Origin: Longimicrobiales bacterium
GTDB lineage: Bacteria; Gemmatimonadota; Gemmatimonadetes; Longimicrobiales; Gaopeijiaceae
Direction of reading: 5' to 3'
NCBI GenBank assembly: GCA_965198065.1
Contig: CBDAON010000004.1
Span: 1,120,001-1,184,000, forward strand
Length of the DNA: 64,000 bases
The notes beneath the pieces were generated by a model. That model made no database searches. It was given only the letters and a program-made list of their open reading frames with translations, and was not told where the DNA came from. A program made the translations under genes and the position numbers. Position 1 is the stretch's first letter, and each line of letters begins with the position of its first letter. Positions 8,198-17,276 of this stretch are shown one piece after another.

Positions 8198-8220
8198 CTC
8201 GCTCCGTCGGGTCCGCTTGC

Positions 8221-8328
8221 CTAGCGCCTGGCGCCTCCGGACACGACCGTCCCCGATGCGCCTTCCTCCATGGAGGAAGCCGACATCGAACAACGGCACA
8301 TGCACATGTAGCCGCGAGCGACCCGCAT
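8221..8328 (-). CDS. Putative Cys/Met-rich leader peptide, 35 aa (MRVARGYMCMCRCSMSASSMEEGASGTVVSGGARR)
   Basis: ATG 8328 to TAG 8221, with SD GAGGAG at 8344-8339 and an MCMCRCSM control-codon cluster, followed by a terminator. Confidence 0.75.
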   Translation of the reverse strand: MRVARGYMCMCRCSMSASSMEEGASGTVVSGGARR

Positions 8329-8375
8329 TATCGTCCGACTCCTCTGCTTCGGATGAGCGGCCCCGACGAGCGCAA

Positions 8376-8404
8376 ACGGTACCGAAGCAGGCCAGAGGCG
8401 TCAA
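8376..8404 (-). promoter_or_regulatory. sigma70-type promoter TTGACG-17bp-TACCGT for leader/thrC-like operon
   Basis: -35 at 8404-8399, -10 at 8381-8376, 17-nt spacer. The -35 hexamer matches the cysH leader promoter. Confidence 0.65.
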
Positions 8405-8610
8405 GTCTCTGACCCACACCTCGGACCGCGTCCAGTTGACCTCGCTGTGTGCCGCGTCTAGTCTCGTCAGGCGCGAACGCCGGGCTCGTCCTCTCCGCCG
8501 AACGAAAGGTACGTGCCGGCCCGACGGACGTGTCCTGTGAGGACATCTCCCATGACCATGTCGCTCTCTCGGTACCCCGCCCACGCCCTGGCGCCGCTCG
8601 AGGAGCGCCC

Positions 8611-9519
8611 GTGAGCGAGCCACTGCCCCCCGTCGGCTTCCTCGGCCTCGGAATTATGGGCGAGGGGATGGCCCGAAACCTCCTCGGGGCCGGCTTCCCG
8701 CTCACCGTGTGGAACCGCACGGCGCCGAAATCCGCCGCCCTGGCGAAGGAGGGGGCGACGCTCGGACGGGGTCCGGCCGACGTGGCCGAGCGCTCCGACA
8801 TCGTCTTCGTCTGTGTGAGCGATACGCCCGATGTCGAGGAGGTCGTGCTCGGGCCGGGCGGTGTACTCGTTGGCGCGCGTGCCGGCAGCCTGGTCGTGGA
8901 CATGAGCACCATCAGCCCGGCGACGACGCGGGAGATCTCGAGGCGGCTCGGTGAGGGCTCTGTCCACATGCTGGACGCTCCGGTGAGCGGAGGGAGCGAG
9001 GGGGCCCGAAAGGGCACGCTGAGCATCATGGTGGGGGGCGATGCCGATCAGGTCGAGCGCGCCATGCCGGCTTTCCGGGCGATGGGAAAGACGATCACGC
9101 ACGTGGGCCCAGTCGGAGCAGGGCAGACCGTGAAACTCGTGAACCAGATCGTGGTCGTCGTGAACATGCTGGCCGCCGCGGAGGGACTGCTCTTCGCGGA
9201 GGCCTCCGGGGTCGACCTGACCAAGACGCTCGAGGCGATCACGGAGGGCGCCGCGGGGAGCTGGATGCTCCAGAACCGTGGCCCGCAGGTCGTCGCGCGG
9301 GACTGGCGCCCCGGGTTCATGGTGGACCTGCAGCAGAAGGATCTCCGACTCGCACTCGAGGCCGCGGACGAGTTGGGAGTCCCCCTGCTCGGCACCGGGC
9401 TGGTGTTCCAACTCTACCGTACGCTCCAGCAAGCCGGGCTCGGGCGCGAGGGGAACCACGCCCTGGCCAAGGCGCTCGAACGACTGGCAGGATTCGAGAT
9501 CGGCACCGGCGGCGTCTGA
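8611..9519 (+). CDS. NAD(P)-dependent beta-hydroxyacid dehydrogenase (tartronate semialdehyde reductase / 3-hydroxyisobutyrate dehydrogenase family)
   Basis: GFLGLGIMG, DAPVSGG, GTLSIMVGG, KLVNQ, KDL. GTG start at 8611. Confidence 0.9.
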   Translation: MSEPLPPVGFLGLGIMGEGMARNLLGAGFPLTVWNRTAPKSAALAKEGATLGRGPADVAERSDIVFVCVSDTPDVEEVVLGPGGVLVGARAGSLVVDMSTISPATTREISRRLGEGSVHMLDAPVSGGSEGARKGTLSIMVGGDADQVERAMPAFRAMGKTITHVGPVGAGQTVKLVNQIVVVVNMLAAAEGLLFAEASGVDLTKTLEAITEGAAGSWMLQNRGPQVVARDWRPGFMVDLQQKDLRLALEAADELGVPLLGTGLVFQLYRTLQQAGLGREGNHALAKALERLAGFEIGTGGV

Positions 9520-9618
9520 CGGCTCGATTGCCGGACGGTTTTCGCGCTTGGCGCCGCGCTAGCTCTCTCGCGGACTCGAACGGAGGAGGGCCGTCCCTGG
9601 CTCGAACTGCGCCGCGTC

Positions 9619-10995
9619 TTACGGGTTCGGCGGGGGCGCCGCCGGCCGCTCCCGGAGCCGGACCATGAACGTCAGCTCCTCTCCGTCCCGCACGACAGTG
9701 GCCTCCACCTCGGCCCCCGCCTCGAGCTGGTCGAGCGCGTCCGTCATCACGTAGAGGTCCTCGATCTCGAACGGCCCGAGACGGATCAGGACATCCCCCG
9801 CCCGAAGCCCACCCTCGTCCGCCGGCGAGCCGTCGGTGACTCCGCTCAAGCGGACGCCGAAGTCCACCGGCGCGAAGTCGGGGATCGTTCCCAGGTAAGC
9901 CCGGTTCCCCGAAGACGCCATCGTCTGCGGCGCGCCCGCGCCCGCCACGTGCGTCAGGCGCTCGGGGCGGTCGGCTACCGCGCGGATGGTCGCTTCGACC
10001 AGTGAGGTCACGCGCTCGAGGCCGGCCCGGTCGATCAGCTCCCAGTCGTCCTCCGGTCGGTGGTACTGCCCGTGTACGTTCGTGAAGTAGTGGAGGACCG
10101 GGACGTCCCGGGCGTAGAACGACGTGTGGTCGCTCGGGCCGTACCCTTCGGGGGAGCGAGCGAGCGGGACCCCCTCCGCGCGCTCCACGTTGTCGAGGAT
10201 CTCGTTCCACTCCTCGGCCGTGCCCGTTCCGTTCACGATGAGCGGCTGGCCCGCCAGGCGACCGACCATGTCCAGGTTCACCATCCCCACCGTCCGCTCT
10301 ACCGGCACGGACGGATCCTGGACGTACCGGCTCGACCCGAGGAGACCCGCTTCCTCACCCGAAAACGTCACGAAGACCACGGTCCGCGCCGGCGGGCTCG
10401 CCGCGAGGGCCTCGGCCACCGCGAGGAGCGCACCCACGCCCGAGGCGTTGTCGTCCGCCCCGTTGTGCACCTCTCCAGGCGCGTCGGCCAGCGACCCGAA
10501 CATCTCACCCAGGCCCAGATGGTCGTGATGGGCCCCCAGGACCACTGCCTCCGAGCGGCGCGCTGGATTGGAGCCCTCGAGGATCCCGATCACGTTCGTC
10601 CCGGTGCCCTCCGGCGCGTGGGGGCTCACGGCGCTCTGGAGCTCGACCGTCTGGAAATACCCGCCCCCGGCTCCCTCCGGGGTCACGGGCTCGAGCCCGA
10701 TCCGCGCGAACTCGCGGGCGATGTACTCGGCCGTGCAACGCTCGCCCTCGGTGCCGGCCAGGCGCCCCTGGAGCTGATCGTCCGAGAGATAGCGGACCGC
10801 CGCCAAGGGGTGCTCGAGGTCTCTTACGAGCCCGGCCGGAGCTGGGCAGGTGGTCGTGCCCTGGGCGGAGGGCGGCTGAGGCGGTGCCTGTCCGGAGGCA
10901 GCCGCCGTGAGGACGAGGAAGAGCCCCACCCGGCCCGCCGATGCGATGGCGAGCTCCCTCGGGCCCCGGAGCGGCGAAAGGCGCCCGCTCCTCAT
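9619..10995 (-). CDS. Secreted M28-family peptidase with a C-terminal PDZ domain
   Basis: GAHHDHLG, NGADDNASG, FSGEEAGLLGS, NLDMVG, SDH, YHRPED, then YLGTIPDF (PDZ). ATGA coupling to the upstream gene. Confidence 0.88.
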   Translation of the reverse strand: MRSGRLSPLRGPRELAIASAGRVGLFLVLTAAASGQAPPQPPSAQGTTTCPAPAGLVRDLEHPLAAVRYLSDDQLQGRLAGTEGERCTAEYIAREFARIGLEPVTPEGAGGGYFQTVELQSAVSPHAPEGTGTNVIGILEGSNPARRSEAVVLGAHHDHLGLGEMFGSLADAPGEVHNGADDNASGVGALLAVAEALAASPPARTVVFVTFSGEEAGLLGSSRYVQDPSVPVERTVGMVNLDMVGRLAGQPLIVNGTGTAEEWNEILDNVERAEGVPLARSPEGYGPSDHTSFYARDVPVLHYFTNVHGQYHRPEDDWELIDRAGLERVTSLVEATIRAVADRPERLTHVAGAGAPQTMASSGNRAYLGTIPDFAPVDFGVRLSGVTDGSPADEGGLRAGDVLIRLGPFEIEDLYVMTDALDQLEAGAEVEATVVRDGEELTFMVRLRERPAAPPPNP

Positions 10996-12197
10996 GGGGC
11001 ACCGGCAGGCAGGGGATCCACCCACTCCGCCAGGAATACGTTGATCTCGCCGGGACCCGCGGCTCCCCGATCGGACGAGAACGCGAGGTAGCGCCCGTCC
11101 GGGCTCAGCATCGGGAAGCTGTTGAAGGTGGGCGCCTCCGACGTGGTCACCCGCTCTTCCCCGGTCCCGTCCTCGTTGATCAGATAGAGGGCGAACGTGC
11201 GCCCCGACGGGTCGCCCTGATTCGAGCTGTAGATGATCCGCCTCCCGTCCGGAAGGAACGCCGGTGCGAAGTTTGCGGCCCCGTTCGAGGTCACCTGCCG
11301 CTTGTTCGACCCGTCCACGTCCATCACGAAGATCTCGAGCGCGCTCCCCGCCACAAGGTCCTCGGCCAGGAGGGCCTGGTAGCTCGCGATCTCCTCGGGT
11401 GTCTCGGGGCGGGAGGCCCGATAGACGATCTTGGCGCCGTCCCAGGAGAAGACCGGTCCCCCCTCGTATCCGACGTCGCTCGTAAGCTGTCGGGGATTCG
11501 AGCCGTCCGCGTTCATCAGCCAGATGTCCAAGTCACCGCTTCTGGTCGAGGTGAACACGATCTGGCTTCCGTTGGGAGAGAGCGTCCCCTCCGCGTCGTA
11601 TCCGGGGCTATTCGTCAGCTGCTGGACCTCCCCGGTGCGGACGTCCCGGGTAAAGATGTCGTACTCGAACAGGCCCCAAAGGTAGCCGCGGCTCCGGTCG
11701 GGCGCGGGGGGACAAGCCGGACCGCTCAGATGCGTGGAGCTGAAAAGGAGGATGTCCTGATCCGGGAAGTAGAAGCCGCATGTGGTGCGCCCCTCGCCCG
11801 TCGAGACGCGCTGGAGGTCGGAGCCGTCCAATGCCATCGTGTACATCTGATCGCACTCGCTCACCCCCGGCCACGTTGCCTGGAAGACGAGCCGATCGCC
11901 TTCCGTAGAGAAGTACGCCTCGGCGTTCGTCCCCGCATTCGTGAGCTTCGTGAGGCGGCGAAACCGCGGCTCGTCCGGAAAGGCCTGGACATCGGTCGCC
12001 CCAGTCCAGTCCCCGGCCGGCGCGGGGCCCACCCAGCTCGCCAGCTGAGCCGCCGCGTCCTCCTCCTCCCCGGCGTCGGACCCGGACGTACAGCCAACCG
12101 CGGCCAGCCCGACCGCGAAGGGAAGCGCGAGCGCCACCCCACGCCACCGCGGGTCACGGGTCTCCGGTCCCGCCGGTCGTCGCGTCATCGCCTTCAC
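10992..12197 (-). CDS. TolB-like PD40 beta-propeller lipoprotein
   Basis: Lipobox AVGC, NAEAYFS, GRTTCGFY, GYDAEGTLSP, and repeated FTSTRSGDLDIW-type blades. Confidence 0.85.
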   Translation of the reverse strand: MKAMTRRPAGPETRDPRWRGVALALPFAVGLAAVGCTSGSDAGEEEDAAAQLASWVGPAPAGDWTGATDVQAFPDEPRFRRLTKLTNAGTNAEAYFSTEGDRLVFQATWPGVSECDQMYTMALDGSDLQRVSTGEGRTTCGFYFPDQDILLFSSTHLSGPACPPAPDRSRGYLWGLFEYDIFTRDVRTGEVQQLTNSPGYDAEGTLSPNGSQIVFTSTRSGDLDIWLMNADGSNPRQLTSDVGYEGGPVFSWDGAKIVYRASRPETPEEIASYQALLAEDLVAGSALEIFVMDVDGSNKRQVTSNGAANFAPAFLPDGRRIIYSSNQGDPSGRTFALYLINEDGTGEERVTTSEAPTFNSFPMLSPDGRYLAFSSDRGAAGPGEINVFLAEWVDPLPAGAP

Positions 12198-12491
12198 TTC
12201 CCCTCCGTCCGCATGTCGTGGGTGACCGAAACATTAACGTCGTCCTGGCAATGCGGCGAGGCAATACCGCCGCTCTGGCGCGGCGCCTCCGTCGGGCGGG
12301 CGGTCTATACGCCGGCGCGCGATCCCAACCCCGGGGTGCGGCTTTTCTCTCGGGGTACGGTCCTCGTCACGGTGCGGTCACGGCGGGCAGTCTCTGTCAC
12401 GGCGTGCCGTCTTCCTTGCCCCGGCGGCATCGGGGGTCGCACCTTGGGTGGGAGACCCTCTCGAAAACGCCACCTCAGCTGGAGGCCGGAT

Positions 12492-13157
12492 ATGTGTCGT
12501 AGCTCTGGAACACTCATGTTACTCCTGCTCGTCCTGGGCTTCATGGTCGCCCCCAGCGACGTCGCCGCTCAAGCCAATCCCGCCAATCCCGCGCACACGC
12601 ACATCGGGCACGTGCACGCCGGCTTTCCGGCGACGCCCGACGGGCAGGGGCTCCTCCCGACCGCGATCGCGGAAGCCGGGGTCGTAGCCCAGCACATCCG
12701 GCTCGCGGCCAACGACTTGACGAACCTTCAGGGCATGCAGAACCACGCGGGGCACGTGCTCCACGCGCTCGACCCGAGCATCCAGGCCAATGGGCCGGGC
12801 CTCGGGTTCGGGCTCAAGCGGGCCGCCGACGGGATCGCCCAGCACATCGGCCTCGCCGCGGGCTCGGAGGGCGCGTCGCAGGCCGTCCAGACGCACGCCG
12901 GGCACGTGGGGGCGTCCGCGCGCACCGTATCCCAGCGTGCCGACCAGCTCATCGAGATGGCCCAGCGGGTCCGGTCGGCTCCCGATTACACGACGGCGGG
13001 GAACATCATCGAGCAGATGCAGGCTCTGGCCGGGCAAGTCACCACGGGACAGGACGCGGACGGGAACGGCTCGGTGGGATGGCAGGAGGGTGAAGGCGGG
13101 CTCGATCAGATCACCACGCACATGGGTCTCATGACCCGGGCCGAGGGGATCGACTGA
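12492..13157 (+). CDS. Secreted His-rich helical hypothetical protein
   Basis: GGAGG RBS at 12481, signal peptide, HIGHV/HAGHV repeats, DADGNG motif. The upstream part of the 738-aa track ORF is a shadow frame. Confidence 0.75.
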   Translation: MCRSSGTLMLLLLVLGFMVAPSDVAAQANPANPAHTHIGHVHAGFPATPDGQGLLPTAIAEAGVVAQHIRLAANDLTNLQGMQNHAGHVLHALDPSIQANGPGLGFGLKRAADGIAQHIGLAAGSEGASQAVQTHAGHVGASARTVSQRADQLIEMAQRVRSAPDYTTAGNIIEQMQALAGQVTTGQDADGNGSVGWQEGEGGLDQITTHMGLMTRAEGID

Positions 13158-13359
13158 GTCACCCTCTCGGGCCGAAGGCCCGGGGGATCTTTCGGACAGG
13201 TCGCTGAAGGACGGGTCGGGCTGCGAGCCCCCCGGTCTCAGCGGCCTGTTCGTTTTCGGTCCTAGGCCCCACGTATGCTAGACCCCACGCATCTAACGCA
13301 CGGCCCCGTACGCCGAAACCCCGCGCACCGAACCGGCCGCTCCGGGGTACGAGCGCGCC

Positions 13360-15245
13360 ATGTCGGACGACGATCCGTCGGCCACCGCCGGGAAGAAGAA
13401 GCCGCGGCTCCAACTCGCGTCAGTGAGAAGGGACGCGCGCGAGCTCCTTTGGCGTCACCGCAGGACGCTGGCCCTCGGCTTCTCCCTCATGCTGGTGAAT
13501 CGGGCTGCGGGGTTCGTCCTCCCCGCCTCGTCCAAGTTCCTCATCGACGACGTCCTCGGGCAGGGTAACGCGGCGCTTCTCCTCCCCATCGCCCTCGCGG
13601 TAGGCGCCGCGACGCTCCTTCAGGCCCTGAGCTCGTTCGGCCTCAGCCAGGTCGTGAGCGTGACTGGGCAGCGGGCAATCGCGGACATGCGACGGCGCGT
13701 CCACGCGCACGTGCTTCGCATGCCCACCTCCTACTTCGATCGCACCAAGAGCGGGGTCCTCATTTCTCGTGTCATGGAGGACGCGGGGGGGATCCGAAAT
13801 CTCGTCGGTACCGGGATCATCCAGCTCGTCGGTGGCTTTCTCACGGCCGGGGCCGCGCTCGCCGTGCTCCTCTGCTCAACTGGAGGATGACCGCGGCGGC
13901 CATCGCCCTCCTCACGATCTTCTCGGGGATCCTCGTCTACTCGTTCCGAACGCTCCGCCCGATCTTTCGGCGCCGGTACGAGCTCTCCGCGGCCGTCACC
14001 GGACGACTGGGGGAGGCACTCGGCGGGGTGCGGACCCTCAAGGTCTATACGGCGGAGCGCCGCGAAGACCTAGTGTTCACGAAGGGTGCGTTCGCGCTGT
14101 TCCGAAACATCGCGAGCACGATCACGGGGACGAGCGCCGTTACCGCCGCCTCTACCGTCATCGTGGGCGGCATCGGCATCCTGATCTTGGTGGTGGGGGG
14201 GCGCGCGGTGCTCTCGGGCGAGATGACCCTCGGCGATCTCGTCATGTACATCTTCTTCGTGGGGCTCATGGCCGCGCCTCTCGTCCAGATGGCGGGGATC
14301 GGAACCCAGATCACGGATGCGTTCGCGGGGCTCGATCGAATTCGCGAGCTCCTAGAGCTTCCCACGGAGCGCGATCGAGACGCCGCGCGGGAGCCGGTGG
14401 GTCCGCTCCGCGGGTCGATCGCCTTCGAGGACGTCTGGTTCGAGTACGAGACGGGCGTGCCCGTCCTGAAGGGGGTGTCGTTCGAGGCACCGGCGGGTAC
14501 GACCACGGCGCTCGTGGGGCCCTCGGGGTCGGGCAAATCCACCCTCGTCTCCCTCGTCCTGGCGTTCGGAGACCCCGGACGGGGGCAGGTCCTGGCGGAC
14601 GATCGGGACCTCTCCACGCTCGCGCTCGAGGATTATCGCTCCCAGCTCGGCGTGGTCCTCCAGGACAACTTTCTCTTCGATGGGACGATCCGGGAGAACA
14701 TGGGCTACTCGAAGCCGGGCGCCACGGACGACGAGATCCGGAGAGCCGCGGCCGTGGCAAACGCGGACGAGTTCATCGACCGCTTTGACGACACGTACGC
14801 CACGGTGGTCGGGGAGCGGGGCGTTAAGCTCTCAGGAGGGCAGCGGCAGAGGATCGCGATCGCGCGCGCGATCCTCGCGGATCCGCGGATCCTCGTCCTG
14901 GACGAGGCCACGTCCTCTCTCGACTCGGAGTCGGAGGCCCTCATCCGGGACGGTCTCAAGGCGCTGCGACAGGGGCGCACGACCTTCGTCATCGCCCACC
15001 GCCTCTCGACCATCGTCTCGGCGGATCAGATCCTCGTGATGGACCGGGGCCAGATCGTCGAGCGGGGCACGCACGCCGAGCTCCGCTGGGCGGGCGGGCT
15101 GTACCAGCGGCTCTACGAGATGCAGCACCGCGTCGAGATGGACGCGTTCGTGAATCCGGGAGAGGAGCTCCGGGACGTGGACGACGCCCCGCCGGAGGAG
15201 GCCGCACCCGTGCGCGTGCGGGTTCCGAACGCGCGACGACTGTAA
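13360..15245 (+). pseudogene. ABC exporter (fused TMD+NBD, MsbA/Sav1866-like), frameshifted at ~13874; probably a sequencing error
   Basis: Two in-line ORFs, 13360-13890 and 13887-15245. Adding one base at CTC-TG-CTC-AAC-TGG restores an L-x-LNWRMT transmembrane helix. [16 protein letters not shown] and ILVLDEATS are intact. Confidence 0.85.
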
Positions 15246-15358
15246 CGGACGAGCGACGGTTGGGACGGGCTGGCCGCCCTTGGTGCCGTCGCACCGGGCT
15301 GGTGATACCTTTCGATCTGGTCGATCTGGACGATTCCCATCCACGGAGGCTTAACCGA

Positions 15359-16564
15359 ATGAGCGCGATGCGAGTCCTCACGTCGGTCACGGGCAGCCTG
15401 GCAGCCCTGGCCCTCCTTAGCGCGGTGCCCCCGGCGGTGGAGTCCCAAACCAACCAGTCGCAGCACCACTCCTTTCGGGTCGTGACCGTCGCGGACAACC
15501 TCGCCAATCCCTGGGCCATGGCATTCCTCCCGAACGGCGACATGCTCTTCACGGAGAGGCCGGGCCGGCTCCGGGTGATCCGGAACGGTCGGCTGCTCCC
15601 CGACCCCGTGCCTGGTGTGCCCGAGGTCCGCGCGCAGGGTCAGGGAGGCCTCCTCGACATCATGCTCCACCCCGACTTCGAGACGAACCGGCTGATCTAC
15701 CTGAGTTACTCGAAGCCCAACAGCGACGAGAGCGTTTCCGGCGCGGCCGGTTCAAGCCAGGCCACGACGGCGATCGCTCGCGCGCGCTTCGAGAACGACC
15801 AGCTCACGAACTTCGAGGAGATCTTCGAGGCACAGGCCTGGGCTACGGGGAACGCCCACTTCGGGTCCCGGATTCAGTTCGACGCCGACGGGTATCTCTT
15901 CTTCACGGTCGGGGACCGGGGTGCGAGCCCGGTCGATGGCCCCAGGGAGGCGCATCCGGCCCAGGACCTCTCGAACCACCGAGGGACGGTGATCCGCCTG
16001 CACGACGACGGGCGGGTCCCGTCCGATAACCCGTTCGTGGGCCGCGCCGAAGCCCGTCCGGAGATCTGGAGTTACGGACACCGGAGCCCCCAGGGCCTGT
16101 TCATCCATCCGATCACGGGGGACATCTGGCAGGGAGAGCACGGACCCCAGGGGGGCGACGAAGTGAACCTCATCGTGAGGGGGGCGAACTTCGGATGGCC
16201 GGTGATCGGGGAAGGCGTCAATTACGGCGGCGGACGGATCCACGACTCGAACCGCAGGCCGGGGATGGAGGCGCCTCGGCACTTCTGGGTGCCTTCCATC
16301 GCCACCTCGGGCATGCTGATCTACCTGGGCGACGTGTTCCCCGAGTGGCGGGGTAGCATGTTCGTGGGGGGGCTCTCCGGCCAGCAACTCGCCCGGCTCG
16401 AAATGGAAGGCCAGCGGATCGTGTCCGAAGAGACGCTCCTCGAGGGCTTGGGACGGGTCCGGGACATCCGTCAGGGCCCGGACGGCTTCATCTACGTCGC
16501 CATCGACGGGCAGGGCGGCGCGCTGACTCCGATCCTGCGCCTCGAGCCGGTCGCGGAAGACTGA
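15359..16564 (+). CDS. PQQ-dependent aldose sugar dehydrogenase (YliI/GSDH family)
   Basis: Signal peptide, PWAMAFLP, TERPGRLR, GQGGLLD, HFGSRI, YGHRSPQG, EHGPQGGDEVN, RVRDIRQGPDG. Confidence 0.9.
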   Translation: MSAMRVLTSVTGSLAALALLSAVPPAVESQTNQSQHHSFRVVTVADNLANPWAMAFLPNGDMLFTERPGRLRVIRNGRLLPDPVPGVPEVRAQGQGGLLDIMLHPDFETNRLIYLSYSKPNSDESVSGAAGSSQATTAIARARFENDQLTNFEEIFEAQAWATGNAHFGSRIQFDADGYLFFTVGDRGASPVDGPREAHPAQDLSNHRGTVIRLHDDGRVPSDNPFVGRAEARPEIWSYGHRSPQGLFIHPITGDIWQGEHGPQGGDEVNLIVRGANFGWPVIGEGVNYGGGRIHDSNRRPGMEAPRHFWVPSIATSGMLIYLGDVFPEWRGSMFVGGLSGQQLARLEMEGQRIVSEETLLEGLGRVRDIRQGPDGFIYVAIDGQGGALTPILRLEPVAED

Positions 16565-16681
16565 TTCGCGGCCGGGGCGCCCCACCCCGTCGGCTCCCTT
16601 CCCGGCCGGCGACCCCCGGGGAAGAGCGTCGCCCGGGAGGCGCGGGCCCGGCCGCGGAGCGCACCTCCGGGGGAAGAACTC

Positions 16682-17269
16682 GTGGGCACTTACGTAACGC
16701 TGGGGTTCACGCTGGCCATGCTCGCCCTCGGCGTGTCCTTGTACAACCGCCTCGTGACGCTCCGTGAGCGGTATCGGAACGCCTTCGCCCAGATCGACGT
16801 CCAGCTCAAGCGGCGCTACGACCTGATCCCGAACCTGGTCGAGGTGGCCAAGGGGTACCTCCAGCACGAGCGCGAGACGTTGGACGCCGTCATCCGGGCT
16901 CGGAACGAGGCGCTGACCGCCGAAGGCGCGGCGGCGGCAGACCCCGGGAACGCGGCCGCGATGAGAGGCCTCGCCGGGGCGGAGCTTGCCCTCGGTCAGC
17001 TCCTGGGCCGGTTCTTCGGGCTCGTCGAGTCCTACCCGGCCCTCAAGGCAAGTGAAAACATGCTCCGGCTCCAGGAGGAGCTGGCCTCCACCGAAAATCG
17101 AATCGCCTTCGCGCGGCAGGCGTACAACGACTCCGTGATGAGGTACAACGCGGCGCGTGCCTCCGCCCCGACAAACCTCGTGGCGAGCGCGTTCCGCTTC
17201 CTACCCGCCGAGTTCTTCGAGATCGAGGAGCCCGGAGAGCGCGAGACCCCCGGGGTCTCCTTCGCCTGA
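16682..17269 (+). CDS. lemA: LemA family protein
   Basis: N-terminal TM segment, QIDVQLKRRYDLIPNLVE, ENRIAFARQAYND. Confidence 0.93.
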   Translation: MGTYVTLGFTLAMLALGVSLYNRLVTLRERYRNAFAQIDVQLKRRYDLIPNLVEVAKGYLQHERETLDAVIRARNEALTAEGAAAADPGNAAAMRGLAGAELALGQLLGRFFGLVESYPALKASENMLRLQEELASTENRIAFARQAYNDSVMRYNAARASAPTNLVASAFRFLPAEFFEIEEPGERETPGVSFA

Positions 17270-17276
17270 GCGGGCC

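Noticed and set aside
8033..8623. 197-aa N-terminal extension of the ThrC-like ORF in the track
   Set aside because: It is an open-frame artefact of high GC. It spans the promoter, leader and terminator, and homology starts at MSETN (8032).
10941..12491. First ~517 aa of the 738-aa plus-strand ORF
   Set aside because: Antisense shadow of the TolB-like gene. The real gene starts at 12492 after GGAGG.
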